Source: Acidobacteriota bacterium | Lineage (GTDB): Bacteria > Acidobacteriota > CAIWXX01 | Assembly: GCA_040755995.1 (NCBI GenBank) | Contig: JBFMAF010000037.1 | Coordinates: forward strand, 160,001-224,000 | DNA: 64,000 bases | Direction: 5' to 3' | Shown here: piece after piece, positions 7,586-18,225 of the stretch | How the letters are laid out: every line of letters starts with the position of its first letter | How positions within the stretch are numbered: position 1 is the first letter of the stretch | Made by a program: the position numbers and the translations under genes | Notes under the pieces: generated by a model | What the model was told of the DNA's origin: nothing | The model's input: only the letters and a program-made list of their open reading frames with translations | The model's database searches: none

Positions 7586-10294
7586 ATGCACGCCTCACGG
7601 GAGAGCGGAGCTATACGGGTGGGATCGCCACGGAGGAGTTCGGCGTCGGGGCGGGGAATCCGCTGCCTTCGCGCGCCTCCTGCGAGTGCTCGATCCCGTG
7701 CGACCTGTACTCTTGTCTTCGTGAGCCTCGTTTGTCTCTCAACCACCCTCCGGAAGCAGCTGGTTCTCGCGCTGGACCGTGACAGAGCCGTCACCCAGTT
7801 TGTGCACGAAGTATGGCAGACGGAGGATGGGTTGCCGCAGAACTCCGTGCGCGCCATCACGCAGACGCGCGATGGATATCTCTGGTTAGGGACTGAAGAA
7901 GGTCTGGTTCGATTCGACGGCGTTGAGTTCTCGGTGTTCGACAAGAGCAATACGCCTGCGTTCAGGAGCAGCAGCATCCTGGCGCTCTGCGAGGACCGCA
8001 CGGGTTCGCTCTGGATCGGCACACACAAGGGCGGTCTCGTTCGTCGCCAGAACGGGAGCTTCCAGGCCCAGGTCGCAGGAGACGGGTTGTCGAATGCCAT
8101 TGTGTGGGCGATCTTTGAGGATCGCGAAGGTAACCTGTGGATTGGGACTGATGAGATGGGCCTGAACCGGCTGAGAGACGGGCAATTGACGGTCTTCGGG
8201 AAGAAGGACGGCCTGCCCAGCGACAAAGTGACCGCCATCTGCCAGGATCGAGAAGACAGCCTCTGGGTCGGGACGGTTGCGGGCCTCTGCCGGTTCAAAG
8301 ATGGGAGGATCACAACCTACACCACCGAGGACGGGCTGTCGAGCAACATTGTGATGTCCCTGTGCGCGGATTCCGCGGGGAACGTGTGGATCGGAACACG
8401 CGGTGGTGGTTTGAACCGTTTTACCGCCGGGTCCATTCTCGCCTATGCGCCGAAGCAATCCGTGTCGATGGACATCATCAGGTGTATCTCGCAGGATGAC
8501 GAGGGTAACTTGTGGATCGGGTCGACGGGTGGAGGCTTGATCCGACTCGTCGACGGTAGGTTCAGCAGGTACTCGACGGATGAAGGCCTCTCACATGAGA
8601 ACGTGGTATCCATATGTGAAGATCGCGAGGGAAGCTTGTGGATCGGCACTGACGGAGGCGGGCTGAACCGGCTGAAGGACGGCAAGGTCGCCGCCCTGAC
8701 GACGCAGGAGGGGCTCTGTCACAACATGGTCTGGGCAATCGAGGAGGGCAGCGATGGAAGTGCATGGTTCGGCACTTGGGGTGGCGGGCTCAGCCAGTTG
8801 AAGCAAGGGGTCTTTCGCAAGTATACGAAGGAAGACAGCTTGGGGAATGACTGGGTGTGGTCGATACACGCTGATCGATCTGGAGCTCTCTGGATCGGGA
8901 CGTACGGAGGGGGCCTCACGCGACTCAAGGACGGCAGGTTTGTGACGTTCACGAAGAAGGACGGACTGCCCAGCGACAACGTGATGTGCATCGCCGAGGA
9001 CCGAGAGGGCACGCTTTGGATCGGCACGTTCGGCGGGGGCGTGGGCTCCTTCAGGAACGGTGCATTCACCTCGTATGGCACCTCGCAAGGCCTTTCGAAC
9101 AATGACGTCATGTTCATCCATGAGGATCGGTCACGTAACTTGTGGATCGGCACCTTTGGCGGTGGCCTCAATCTACTGCACGATGGAGGGTTCACCTCCT
9201 TCTCCGTCAAGGATGGCTTGTCGAGCGACACACTGACATCCATGTACGAGGACACGCAGGGCTCGCTTTGGATCGGGACTTTCGGCGGTGGACTCGTTCG
9301 ATTGCGCAACGGACGCTTCGCGGCCTGCGGGAGGAAGAACGGGCTGTCTGATGACGTGGTCTATTCGATCTTGGAGGACGAGGCAGGCAATCTTTGGATG
9401 AGCTCCAACAAGGGGATCCATCGCGTCGCAAAGAGCGAGCTGAACGACTTCGCAGACGGGAAGATCAAGCACGTCAACTCAACTGCGTTTGGGAAGGCGG
9501 ACGGGATGGAGAGTGCCGAATGCAACAGCGGGGCAGCTTGCAGGACGCGCGATGGGAAGCTCTGGTTCCCGACCATCCGAGGGGCTGTTCTGGTTGAGCC
9601 GAGACGCATGGGAAGCAACAGGCTGCCCCCGCCGGTGTATGTGCGCGAACTTGTGGTTGACAATCGAAGCGTCGGGATACCCACGGCTGCCATTCCGCCG
9701 GGCAGCGAGAAGCTTGAGATCCGGTACACTGCGGTGAGCTTGAAGACGCCGGAGAGGGTGTTCTTCAAGTTCCGACTAGACGGGTTCGAAGGAGAATGGG
9801 TGGAGGCAGGAACGCGCAGAGTTGCCTACTATACGAATATCCCCCCGGGGCGCTACGTCTTCAGAGTGATTGCGTGCAACGATGACGGCGTCTGGAACGA
9901 AACAGGCGCCTCGCTGGAGATCGTGCTCAAACCGCACTTCTACCAGACCTACTGGTTCTACCTCTTGTCCACGTTCGCCGTCGTCATGGCGGCTGCTGCC
10001 TTGCACAGGCTCCGCCTACGGCAGCACAGGGCGCGCGAGAAGGAGCTGGCACAACGCGTCGATGAGGCGCTCGCGAAGATCCGTGTGTTGCGGGGATTCT
10101 TGCCAATATGTGCATCCTGCAAGAGCATTCGAGATGACAAGGGCTATTGGAATCAGCTCGAGCAGTACATCAAAGAGCACACGGAGGTCGAGTTCACTCA
10201 CGGCCTCTGCCCCAAGTGCGTGGAGAAGCTGTACCCGGGCTTCAGCCAGAAATCGGAACGAGCCAAGCTGAAGGGAGGAGCGACAGGGGGGTGA
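7586..10294 (+). CDS. Membrane sensor: Reg_prop beta-propeller repeats + Y_Y_Y domain + TM + C-terminal Cys/His motif, no kinase domain (start uncertain)
   Basis: WQTEDGLPQNSVRAITQTRDGYLWLGT; many ED..G.LWIGT.GGGL repeats; YTNIPPGRYVFRVIACN (Y_Y_Y); TM; ICASCKSIRDDKGYWNQLEQYI...HGLCPKC. Confidence 0.85.
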   Translation: MHASRESGAIRVGSPRRSSASGRGIRCLRAPPASARSRATCTLVFVSLVCLSTTLRKQLVLALDRDRAVTQFVHEVWQTEDGLPQNSVRAITQTRDGYLWLGTEEGLVRFDGVEFSVFDKSNTPAFRSSSILALCEDRTGSLWIGTHKGGLVRRQNGSFQAQVAGDGLSNAIVWAIFEDREGNLWIGTDEMGLNRLRDGQLTVFGKKDGLPSDKVTAICQDREDSLWVGTVAGLCRFKDGRITTYTTEDGLSSNIVMSLCADSAGNVWIGTRGGGLNRFTAGSILAYAPKQSVSMDIIRCISQDDEGNLWIGSTGGGLIRLVDGRFSRYSTDEGLSHENVVSICEDREGSLWIGTDGGGLNRLKDGKVAALTTQEGLCHNMVWAIEEGSDGSAWFGTWGGGLSQLKQGVFRKYTKEDSLGNDWVWSIHADRSGALWIGTYGGGLTRLKDGRFVTFTKKDGLPSDNVMCIAEDREGTLWIGTFGGGVGSFRNGAFTSYGTSQGLSNNDVMFIHEDRSRNLWIGTFGGGLNLLHDGGFTSFSVKDGLSSDTLTSMYEDTQGSLWIGTFGGGLVRLRNGRFAACGRKNGLSDDVVYSILEDEAGNLWMSSNKGIHRVAKSELNDFADGKIKHVNSTAFGKADGMESAECNSGAACRTRDGKLWFPTIRGAVLVEPRRMGSNRLPPPVYVRELVVDNRSVGIPTAAIPPGSEKLEIRYTAVSLKTPERVFFKFRLDGFEGEWVEAGTRRVAYYTNIPPGRYVFRVIACNDDGVWNETGASLEIVLKPHFYQTYWFYLLSTFAVVMAAAALHRLRLRQHRAREKELAQRVDEALAKIRVLRGFLPICASCKSIRDDKGYWNQLEQYIKEHTEVEFTHGLCPKCVEKLYPGFSQKSERAKLKGGATGG

Positions 10295-10456
10295 AAGCGA
10301 GGAGTGCTATGCCCACCAGCTGGACTGCGACGAATACCACTCTGTACGTTCATGCCGCGAGTCTGTCACTTCGCCTGGAGGTCCCGCGGGGCCTCGGGTC
10401 AGTCGACAGTCCGAAGTTGCGGGATGTCCTGAAGTTGGGTTGATGTCGTGCGTGGC

Positions 10457-11986
10457 ATGAGGAACAAGACCCACATCTTCCCGATCACTTGCCTGTGCCT
10501 GCTTCCTTGCTGCCGTCCCTCCTCGCAGTCCCCACGCGATTCGATCAACATCTCCGCCCCCTATGAGTTGGATTCGCTCGATCCACATGAATGCTATCGA
10601 CTCAGCGACTACGCGATCGCGCGGCACTTCTACGAACCGCTTGTGCGAACCGACGCCGAGCTCAAGATCCGGCCCTGCCTCGCGCGGTCGTGGGAGACCC
10701 CTGACCCGCTCACGTGGGTATTCCATCTGGAACCGGCCGCGCGCTTTCACAGCGGCAGAACGCTGCGACCTCAGGACGTGGTCTTCTCTATCGAGCGACT
10801 CGCAAGGAATCCGGCCTTGGGAATGAGAACCCTGATATCAAGTGTCGAGGATGTGAGCGCGGTCGGGCCGGCCAGCGTCAGGATACGGCTGAGGCGACCT
10901 CTTGGCGTCTTCTTGAACAAGCTGATCTTCGTACCAGTCATACCCGAGGGCAGCGACTCTGAGGCACTTGCGGCGCGGGAGGACGGGACTGGACCGTACC
11001 GGCTCGTGGAGTGGGATCGGAGAGCATTGGTGCGCATGATCCGCAACGAGGACTACTGGGGACGGAAGTCGGCGCTTCAACGAGTCACATTCCTCCTGGG
11101 CAGATCTCCCAAACAGGGCGTCGAGGACCTGGTTTCGGGCCGGTGCGATCTCGCAACGTGCAGTGAGGCCGCGTTGAGCGGAACGCAAGAGCGATTGGAG
11201 CGGTATGCGATCTACAATCACCCGAGCATCTTCGTCAAGTATCTCGGATACGATCTCGCCCGGGAACAGACCCCGTACTGTTCTCTCACTCGGAATCCGT
11301 TCAATAACAGACTGGTAAGGCAGGCAATCGACCTGGCAATAGATCGCCGCGAGCTTGTTGCGGCGCTAGGCGTTTCGGCGACCCCTGCCGCCCAACCTGT
11401 CCCCGACTTCATATTCGGGTATCACCCGGCGATGGTTCCAGCCCCGCACGATTTGGCTCGGGCCAGGTCGTTGCTGGACCAGGCTGGACTTGGCGGGGGA
11501 TTTGAGGTCACATTGCACGCCCGTCAGATCTTGCTCACGCCTGCGGAGCTCATCCAGCAACAGCTCGCCCTCGTCGGGATTCGGGTGAAGGTAGAATCGC
11601 TGCCGGACCCCGAATTCTTTCAACGGCTCGCGCGTCAGGACGCATCGTTCTTCATCTCACGCTTCGGTTGCGTCACCGGCGACGCCAGCGACGTGCTGGA
11701 GGACTGCATCCATTCGCCCGACACCCTGGGTTGCTACGGCGGCACCAACTACGGCCGCTACAGCAACCCCGAAATAGACCGCGCCATCGAACAGAGCTCT
11801 CTCGAAACGGATCCACAGGTGAGGAAGAGGGCACTGCAGCTCATCATGGAGACGGTGGCCGAGGAACGCCCGTGGATCCCGCTGTATTTCGAGAAGGAGA
11901 CTTACGCGCTGGACAAGGCCTTCACCTGGCAGCCACGGAATGACAACTTCATACTGGCTGAGGAGATAGGTATAGCGCCAAGGTAG
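10457..11986 (+). CDS. ABC transporter family-5 (peptide/nickel) substrate-binding protein, probable lipoprotein
   Basis: SLDPH, FYEPLV, PCLARSW, FHSGRTL...DVVFS, GTGPYRL, VRQAIDLAIDR motifs; Cys-containing signal region. Confidence 0.85.
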   Translation: MRNKTHIFPITCLCLLPCCRPSSQSPRDSINISAPYELDSLDPHECYRLSDYAIARHFYEPLVRTDAELKIRPCLARSWETPDPLTWVFHLEPAARFHSGRTLRPQDVVFSIERLARNPALGMRTLISSVEDVSAVGPASVRIRLRRPLGVFLNKLIFVPVIPEGSDSEALAAREDGTGPYRLVEWDRRALVRMIRNEDYWGRKSALQRVTFLLGRSPKQGVEDLVSGRCDLATCSEAALSGTQERLERYAIYNHPSIFVKYLGYDLAREQTPYCSLTRNPFNNRLVRQAIDLAIDRRELVAALGVSATPAAQPVPDFIFGYHPAMVPAPHDLARARSLLDQAGLGGGFEVTLHARQILLTPAELIQQQLALVGIRVKVESLPDPEFFQRLARQDASFFISRFGCVTGDASDVLEDCIHSPDTLGCYGGTNYGRYSNPEIDRAIEQSSLETDPQVRKRALQLIMETVAEERPWIPLYFEKETYALDKAFTWQPRNDNFILAEEIGIAPR

Positions 11987-12031
11987 ATCATTGCCCGGCG
12001 TCGATCGCCTCTCGCAGACTCTGGGCCGGTT

Positions 12032-12094
12032 CTACAGCGGATCGCATTGCGTGCTCACATGGTGAATCTGATGTAGACTCATGACGCGCTGTAC
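12032..12094 (+). repeat. Dispersed 63-nt hairpin repeat, copy A
   Basis: ctacagcg...catggtgaatctgatgtagactcatgacgcgctgtac; collinear without gaps with copies at 31897, 33627 and 38344. Confidence 0.65.
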
Positions 12095-12189
12095 AGCGTG
12101 CGCCATTGTCCTCGCGCTCCGAGGAGGACGACGCCGGCGGCGACGGCGGCGGCAGTGCCCCAGGGTGATTTCTTCAGCGAGGTGATGCG

Positions 12190-14679
12190 ATGGATCAGAC
12201 TCGATCGATTCGCGGCGTGTTGTGGGTGACGATATTCGCGCTCATCTTGGCCGTGGGCAACTCCGGCGGCGAGGAGAGCGTGTCCCGGCCGGGCGATCCG
12301 GTCTACCAGGCCCTCAGGCAGGTAACAAGCCTGGATCGCATAATCGCCGCTCAGAATGTGCGCCTGCGGCGCGACGCGGCCGAGCTCGTGTTCGAGCAGG
12401 GGGAGCTCCGTTTCGCTGCTCCAGTGAACGACCGGAACTGGCTGGCAGTGTTCTCCGGGAAGGGGCTTCTGCGGTTGACCCCCAGCACCGTGATCGAACG
12501 CGATCACCTGCGGCTGCTGACCAAGAAGCAATCGCTGGACGTCTTCGAAGAGAGATTCAAGTCGGCCGTGCTGATCTGGGCTGACGGAACGTTCGAGGAG
12601 CTGGCCGGCGCGGGCGCTCCGCAGTCGTCGCCGGCAGGCGACGAGGCGATGAAATCGCTCCGCAAGTTCCAGGAGCTGATGCGAGAGAAGCTGAGGTGGA
12701 ACCTGGAGCTTCGCATCCTACCGGATATGTACAACCCGCCGAAGACCGGCATGTTCGTCGCGTTCGTCCAGGGAGATGAACACTCGAAACTGCTCTACGT
12801 CTTGGACCCGCGTGGCGCCTCCGTCGCGTTGGCGGGGACGGAGGAATCGGGGCTGCTGAACGGGGACGAGGATCAGATCGGCTGGTGGTATTTGTCTCAT
12901 ACCAAGGACGAGTTGGCCGCGGCCGGCGCAGCTCATGAGGATCGAGCGGCGTTTGAGACGATCCAGTACAGTATTGACTGCACGGTCGACAAGTCCGAAA
13001 GCATCAATGCAACGGCAAGGATCCGCGTGCGCATCAAAGAGGATGGTGCAAGGGTGCTGGCTTTCTCACTGGCGCCGAAGCTGGCCATCCGGAAGGTGAC
13101 GCTCTTGCCTGATCAGACTCCAGTGCAGTGGATCAAGGAGGGAGAGAAGGAAGGCGACGACTTCGGAATCGTGCTGCCGCGGCCTGCATCAAAGGACGAG
13201 GAGATCGAGCTGGAGGTGCAGTATGGCGGCAAGGACATCATCGTAGACACCGGCGAGGGCAACTACTTCGTCGGCTGGCGGACGAGCTGGTATCCGAGCG
13301 TCCCCAAGATGGTCGACTACGCCACGTTCGAGTTGGAATTCCGCGTGCCCAAGGGGCACGACGTAGTTGCCGTAGGCGATCTCGTACGGCGTTGGACCGA
13401 AGGCGAGCAGGAGTGCAGCGAATGGCGCACTCCTGTGCCCGTGCTGGTTGCGGGCTTCAACTACGGCAAGTTCGCGAAGCTCGAGCAGAAGGACCCTAAG
13501 ACGGGCGTCACGGTCGAGGTCTACACGAATCCCGGCACGCCGAACTTCATCAAGGAAATCGAGTCCTACATGCAGGCAGCCGAGCGGCCGAACATCGGGG
13601 CGATGATGGACCCCGATGGGGTCAACTACATGGTGATGAACCAGAGCATCGGCAAATGGGACACCACGGCGCTGGCGCAATACACCCTCGCCAACGCCCT
13701 CTTCTCAATGCGCCTCTACTCGCACTACTTCGGGCCGCTGCCTTTCACCAGGATCGCGATAAGCCAGCAGCCGCCGGCGTTCTTCGGTCAGGCTTGGCCG
13801 ACGCTCGTCTACCTCCCGTTCACAGCCTTCATGGGAGGCTACCAGCGGCAGGTCATGGGGCTGGGCGGCGCTGGATTCAGCAGGGGATTCATTCAGGTTG
13901 TCGGGCAGCACGAGGTTGCCCACCAGTGGTGGGGGCATCTGGTCGGTCATGGCAGCTACCGAGACGAATGGCTATCCGAGGGGCTGGCGGAATTCTCCTC
14001 CTCGCTGGCACTTGAGAAGTCTGCCGGATTGAAGAGGGCCAGGGAATTCTGGAAGACGTCGCGAATAGAGATTTCGAACAACCCACGCGCCGAGGTCGAT
14101 CCATACAAGGCCGGCCCGATCTCGCTCGGCTCGCGCCTCGAGACTCAGCGCACAGGCGGTGCGTACGGAGCGATCGTGTATGGGAAGGGGGCTTACATCG
14201 TCCACATGCTGCGGATGATGATGCAGGGGCCGCACGGCCAGGACGACGCATTTGTCGCGATGATGAAGGACTTCACGACACACAATGCCGGTCGAGCCTG
14301 CTCGACGGCCGACTTCAAGGCGGCGGTGGAACGGCACATGACGAAGGAAATGGATGTGGACGGCAATCAGAGAATGGACTGGTTCTTCGGTGAGTGGCTC
14401 GACGGCACGGAGATTCCGAGCTACGAGCTGCAGGCGCGTCTCGATCCGACAGGCAAGGGCCAGCTCCGGCTCACCGGGAGCCTCCGCCAGCAGGGCGTCT
14501 CCGAGAACTTCCGCATGATCGTGCCGATCTACATAGATCTAGGCTCAGACCAAATCGTCCGAATCGGTCGCATCCGCTGCGCAGGCAGCACCGCCGTCCC
14601 TCTGGACGTGACGCTCCCCATAGCCAAGGCCGCAGGCGTGCTGGTCAACGCGAACTACGATGTGCTCTCCCTGGAGTAG
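12190..14679 (+). CDS. Secreted M1-family (gluzincin) zinc aminopeptidase
   Basis: Signal peptide, HEVAHQWWG...WLSEGLAEF zinc motif, VYGKGAYIVHMLR. Confidence 0.85.
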   Translation: MDQTRSIRGVLWVTIFALILAVGNSGGEESVSRPGDPVYQALRQVTSLDRIIAAQNVRLRRDAAELVFEQGELRFAAPVNDRNWLAVFSGKGLLRLTPSTVIERDHLRLLTKKQSLDVFEERFKSAVLIWADGTFEELAGAGAPQSSPAGDEAMKSLRKFQELMREKLRWNLELRILPDMYNPPKTGMFVAFVQGDEHSKLLYVLDPRGASVALAGTEESGLLNGDEDQIGWWYLSHTKDELAAAGAAHEDRAAFETIQYSIDCTVDKSESINATARIRVRIKEDGARVLAFSLAPKLAIRKVTLLPDQTPVQWIKEGEKEGDDFGIVLPRPASKDEEIELEVQYGGKDIIVDTGEGNYFVGWRTSWYPSVPKMVDYATFELEFRVPKGHDVVAVGDLVRRWTEGEQECSEWRTPVPVLVAGFNYGKFAKLEQKDPKTGVTVEVYTNPGTPNFIKEIESYMQAAERPNIGAMMDPDGVNYMVMNQSIGKWDTTALAQYTLANALFSMRLYSHYFGPLPFTRIAISQQPPAFFGQAWPTLVYLPFTAFMGGYQRQVMGLGGAGFSRGFIQVVGQHEVAHQWWGHLVGHGSYRDEWLSEGLAEFSSSLALEKSAGLKRAREFWKTSRIEISNNPRAEVDPYKAGPISLGSRLETQRTGGAYGAIVYGKGAYIVHMLRMMMQGPHGQDDAFVAMMKDFTTHNAGRACSTADFKAAVERHMTKEMDVDGNQRMDWFFGEWLDGTEIPSYELQARLDPTGKGQLRLTGSLRQQGVSENFRMIVPIYIDLGSDQIVRIGRIRCAGSTAVPLDVTLPIAKAAGVLVNANYDVLSLE

Positions 14680-14752
14680 CAGCTTTCGTGAACGAGGCGC
14701 ACGTGAGCCTCACGCCGGTCGGCGGGTGCGCCGCGTCCTGGTGCCGCTGAGG

Positions 14753-17056
14753 CTAGGCCAGGCCGACCTGGCGCAGGAGCGCTTCGAACCGGGGAGACGC
14801 GCGCAGCGGATCGAGAGATGGCTCGACCTTCATGAAGACAAGCCTGTACGATCGCTCCTCGGCCGCCTTCTCCAGCCACCCCAGAGCCTCCTCGGGCTCT
14901 CCCAGGCCCAGGTGGATCGCCGCGAACTCGCAACCCGAGACGCAGTGTTCGCCAGCGAGCTCGTGGAGATCCTTGAGACACTGCCTGGCCTCCTCACGTT
15001 TGCCCGCGAGACCCAATGCGCGACCGAGCGGCGCCACGATCTCGGCGCTGCCGCTGGCGCAGGTGAGCGCCCGGCGATAGTGCGTGATCGCCACGTCCAG
15101 ACTGGCCAACTGTTCGAATGACTCCCCCAGACCACGGTGTGCCTCGGCGAATTCCGGGTCCATCTCCAAGGACTTCTCGAATTGGCGGATGGCCTGCTGG
15201 TAGTCGCGGGCGTAGAAGTGGCAGAAGCCGATGTTGGTCGAGATCGGAAGCGACAACGGATCGATCTCCAATGCGCGCCGCATCGAAGCCAGGGCCTCGT
15301 CCGTCCGTTGCCGGCAGACCAGAAACCATCCGTACCAATGGTGGCCGGTTGCATAGCCTGGGTTCTGAGCGATTCCCAGGCGGTACTCCGCCTCGGCGGA
15401 TTCCCAATCCCAGGCAAACATCTGCTGGGTGAAGGCGAGCGAGATATGCGCCTCGGCGCAATCCGGCCGGAGCTCGAGTGCCTGGGCGGCCGACGCGCGG
15501 GCCTTGGGGAAGGCGTCCCCTGGAGCCAACACGCAGTAGCTCCCGAGGTTGTTGTATGCATCCGCAAGGCCGACGTAGGCCAGAGCGAAGCCGGGGTCTC
15601 TCTCGACGGCTTGGCGGAAGTAGGTGACGGCCTTCGTGAGGCCCTCTGCCGTTCGCTTGTTCCAGAAGTAGCGTCCCTTGAGGTACAGCCGAAACGCCTC
15701 GGGATCACTCGTCTGCTGTTCGGTCAGCCGTTCTTTCTGCTCTCCGCTGAGCCGCACACGGAGCTTGTCCGATATCTGCTGCGCGATCTCTTCCTGCAAG
15801 GCGAAGATGTCATCCAGCTTCCGGCGATACTGGTCGCCCCAAATCTGCCTTTCGGTGGGGATCTCGAGCAGCTCCGCCTGGACGTTCAGCGAATCGCCCC
15901 GATGAAGCACGCGCCCCGTCAGCACGAGCCGAACGTTCAGATCCCGGCCGATCTGCAACGGATCCACGTCCCTTCCCTTGTATCGGAACACGGTGTGGCG
16001 AGGAATCACGCGCAACGACGGAAGCCGCGAGAGGCTGTTGATGAGCTGCTCGGTGATTCCATCGGACAGGTACTCGGTTCCAGTATCCAGGCCCGAGTTG
16101 GCGAGCGGCACCACGGCAATCGAGTCCATGTGAAGTCCGGGTCTCGGTGTCACCTTGACGTCCTCGGGCGCCGCGACCTTGGGCGACGGCCACGGCGTCC
16201 ACGCTGCCACACCGCTCATCAGAGCGCGCAGGCTCGAGGCGACGTCCCGTCCTGTCTGGTACCGCTCCTCCGGATCCTTGGCCAAACACCGGCGGATGAT
16301 CGACTGCAAGTCGTCGCTCAGTCCTGGCCCGTCGATAGCCGGCTCTCTCTGGATAATCGCCGCCATGGTCTCGACCGGTGAGGGGGCCTCGAATGCGCGC
16401 CGCCCGGTGCCCATCTCGAAGAGGATGCAGCCGAGCGCGAAGACGTCGCTGCGCGCATCCGCGAGTTTGCCCTGTGCCTGCTCGGGAGACATGTAGCCTA
16501 CTGTTCCCAGCACCGCACCAGGTTGCGTCGATCTCGCGCCATCTGCCAGCGTGTCCTCCAGGTGCGTCGGGAAGGGATCGAGGAGCTTGGCCAGACCGAA
16601 GTCCAGGATCTTCACGAGACCCTCGCCCGTGATCATGACGTTCTCCGGCTTGACGTCCCGGTGCACGATCCCGCGCGCGTGCGCGGCGCCAAGGCCTTCG
16701 GCGACCTGCACGCCGACCTCCAGCAGCTGTCTCCGTCCGAGCGGCCCACCGCGCAGCAGACTGCGCAGCGTCTGCCCCGCCACGAACTCCATTGCAATGT
16801 ATGGTTCCTCGTCCTGCTGGCCTATGTCGTAGATGGTGATGATGTTGGGGTGGTTCAGAGCCGAAGCCGCACGCGCCTCTTGCGCGAAACGCACCGCCAG
16901 TGAGGGATCCGATGTCAGGTTCTTCGGAAGTACCTTCAGCGCAACATCCCGCCCCAAACGGCTGTCGAGCGCGCGGAAGACCTCGCCCATCCCGCCGCCG
17001 CCTAGGCACTCCGTGATCTCGTAGTGCGCAACGCGGCCGCCAGGCGTCGTTCTCAT
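14753..17056 (-). CDS. Hanks-type Ser/Thr protein kinase with TolB-N-like and TPR domains
   Basis: LGGGGMGEV, VALK, HRDVKPEN, DFGLAK, GTVGYMSPEQ; then SIAVVPL...YLSDGITEQLINSLS and TPR repeats. Confidence 0.92.
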   Translation of the reverse strand: MRTTPGGRVAHYEITECLGGGGMGEVFRALDSRLGRDVALKVLPKNLTSDPSLAVRFAQEARAASALNHPNIITIYDIGQQDEEPYIAMEFVAGQTLRSLLRGGPLGRRQLLEVGVQVAEGLGAAHARGIVHRDVKPENVMITGEGLVKILDFGLAKLLDPFPTHLEDTLADGARSTQPGAVLGTVGYMSPEQAQGKLADARSDVFALGCILFEMGTGRRAFEAPSPVETMAAIIQREPAIDGPGLSDDLQSIIRRCLAKDPEERYQTGRDVASSLRALMSGVAAWTPWPSPKVAAPEDVKVTPRPGLHMDSIAVVPLANSGLDTGTEYLSDGITEQLINSLSRLPSLRVIPRHTVFRYKGRDVDPLQIGRDLNVRLVLTGRVLHRGDSLNVQAELLEIPTERQIWGDQYRRKLDDIFALQEEIAQQISDKLRVRLSGEQKERLTEQQTSDPEAFRLYLKGRYFWNKRTAEGLTKAVTYFRQAVERDPGFALAYVGLADAYNNLGSYCVLAPGDAFPKARASAAQALELRPDCAEAHISLAFTQQMFAWDWESAEAEYRLGIAQNPGYATGHHWYGWFLVCRQRTDEALASMRRALEIDPLSLPISTNIGFCHFYARDYQQAIRQFEKSLEMDPEFAEAHRGLGESFEQLASLDVAITHYRRALTCASGSAEIVAPLGRALGLAGKREEARQCLKDLHELAGEHCVSGCEFAAIHLGLGEPEEALGWLEKAAEERSYRLVFMKVEPSLDPLRASPRFEALLRQVGLA

Positions 17057-17316
17057 CGGGCCACTCTCATGTGCCCGCACGATTCGCAGCGAAGCGCAGG
17101 TCGACGCGATCCTTCGGACGAAGGGCGAGGGCATGGCCGAGCATGGTGTCTACAATCTAGGGACGCTGCATTCAGATGTCAAGCTCTGGAGGCTGCTCGG
17201 CTCGATTTCGAATCGCGCGTCACAAGGCCGCCCGCGCCGGAACAATGCGCGCAGGCGGCGCGTATGTGCTATGGTGAACGGCGCCGGGAACGGCGAGCGT
17301 CAGGGGGAGTCATATC

Positions 17317-18201
17317 ATGGAGCTCATCATTGATCGTCTGTCCAAGACCTACCCGAATGGTGTCCGCGCGCTGGCGGATGTCTCGCTGAGGATTCCTACC
17401 GGCATGTTCGGACTTCTCGGCCCGAACGGCGCCGGCAAGTCCACACTCATGCGGACAATCGCCACGCTGCAGGAGCCGGACACGGGCAGCGTCCGTCTCA
17501 ACGGATTGGATGTGTTGAAGCAGAAGGACGAGGTTCGCAGGATTCTCGGGTACCTGCCCCAGGAGTTCGGGGTCTACCCGAAGGTCTCGGCCGAAGCGCT
17601 GCTTGATCACTTCGCGGTCCTCAAGGGGATCCAGAACGCGAAGGAACGGAAGGAGACCGTGAAGGCGCTCCTGCACCGCACGAATCTCCACGGCGTGAGA
17701 AAGCAGAAGCTCGGCAGCTTCTCCGGCGGCATGAAGCAGCGGTTCGGCATCGCGCAGGCCCTGTTGGGCAATCCCAAGCTCATCATCGTTGACGAGCCCA
17801 CGGCGGGGTTGGATCCGGGCGAACGCAGGCGATTCCACAACCTCCTGAGCGAGATCGGCGAGAACATCGTGGTCATCCTTTCGACGCACATCGTCGACGA
17901 CGTGAGCGACCTCTGCGCACAGATGGCCATCATCTCGAACGGCCGAGTGCTTCTCACGGGAGAGCCCCTGCAAGCCATCCAGGACCTGCGGGGCAAGATT
18001 TGGAAGAAGACCATCCTGAAGGCCGAGCTCGACGAGTACCATCGAACCTTCACCGTGATATCCACTCGACTGGTGTCGGGCAAGACCGAGGTGCACGTGT
18101 TCTCTGAGGGGCAGCCGGCGAGTGGATTCGAACCGGTCGACTCGAGCCTCGAGGACGTCTACTTCACGACCCTCAAGCAGCACGGCGCAAGGGCCGTGTA
18201 G
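17317..18201 (+). CDS. ABC transporter ATP-binding protein
   Basis: GPNGAGKST Walker A, FSGGMKQR signature, IIVDEPT Walker B. Confidence 0.95.
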   Translation: MELIIDRLSKTYPNGVRALADVSLRIPTGMFGLLGPNGAGKSTLMRTIATLQEPDTGSVRLNGLDVLKQKDEVRRILGYLPQEFGVYPKVSAEALLDHFAVLKGIQNAKERKETVKALLHRTNLHGVRKQKLGSFSGGMKQRFGIAQALLGNPKLIIVDEPTAGLDPGERRRFHNLLSEIGENIVVILSTHIVDDVSDLCAQMAIISNGRVLLTGEPLQAIQDLRGKIWKKTILKAELDEYHRTFTVISTRLVSGKTEVHVFSEGQPASGFEPVDSSLEDVYFTTLKQHGARAV

Positions 18202-18225
18202 AGGCGGAGCCGGGGAGCGCAGATC

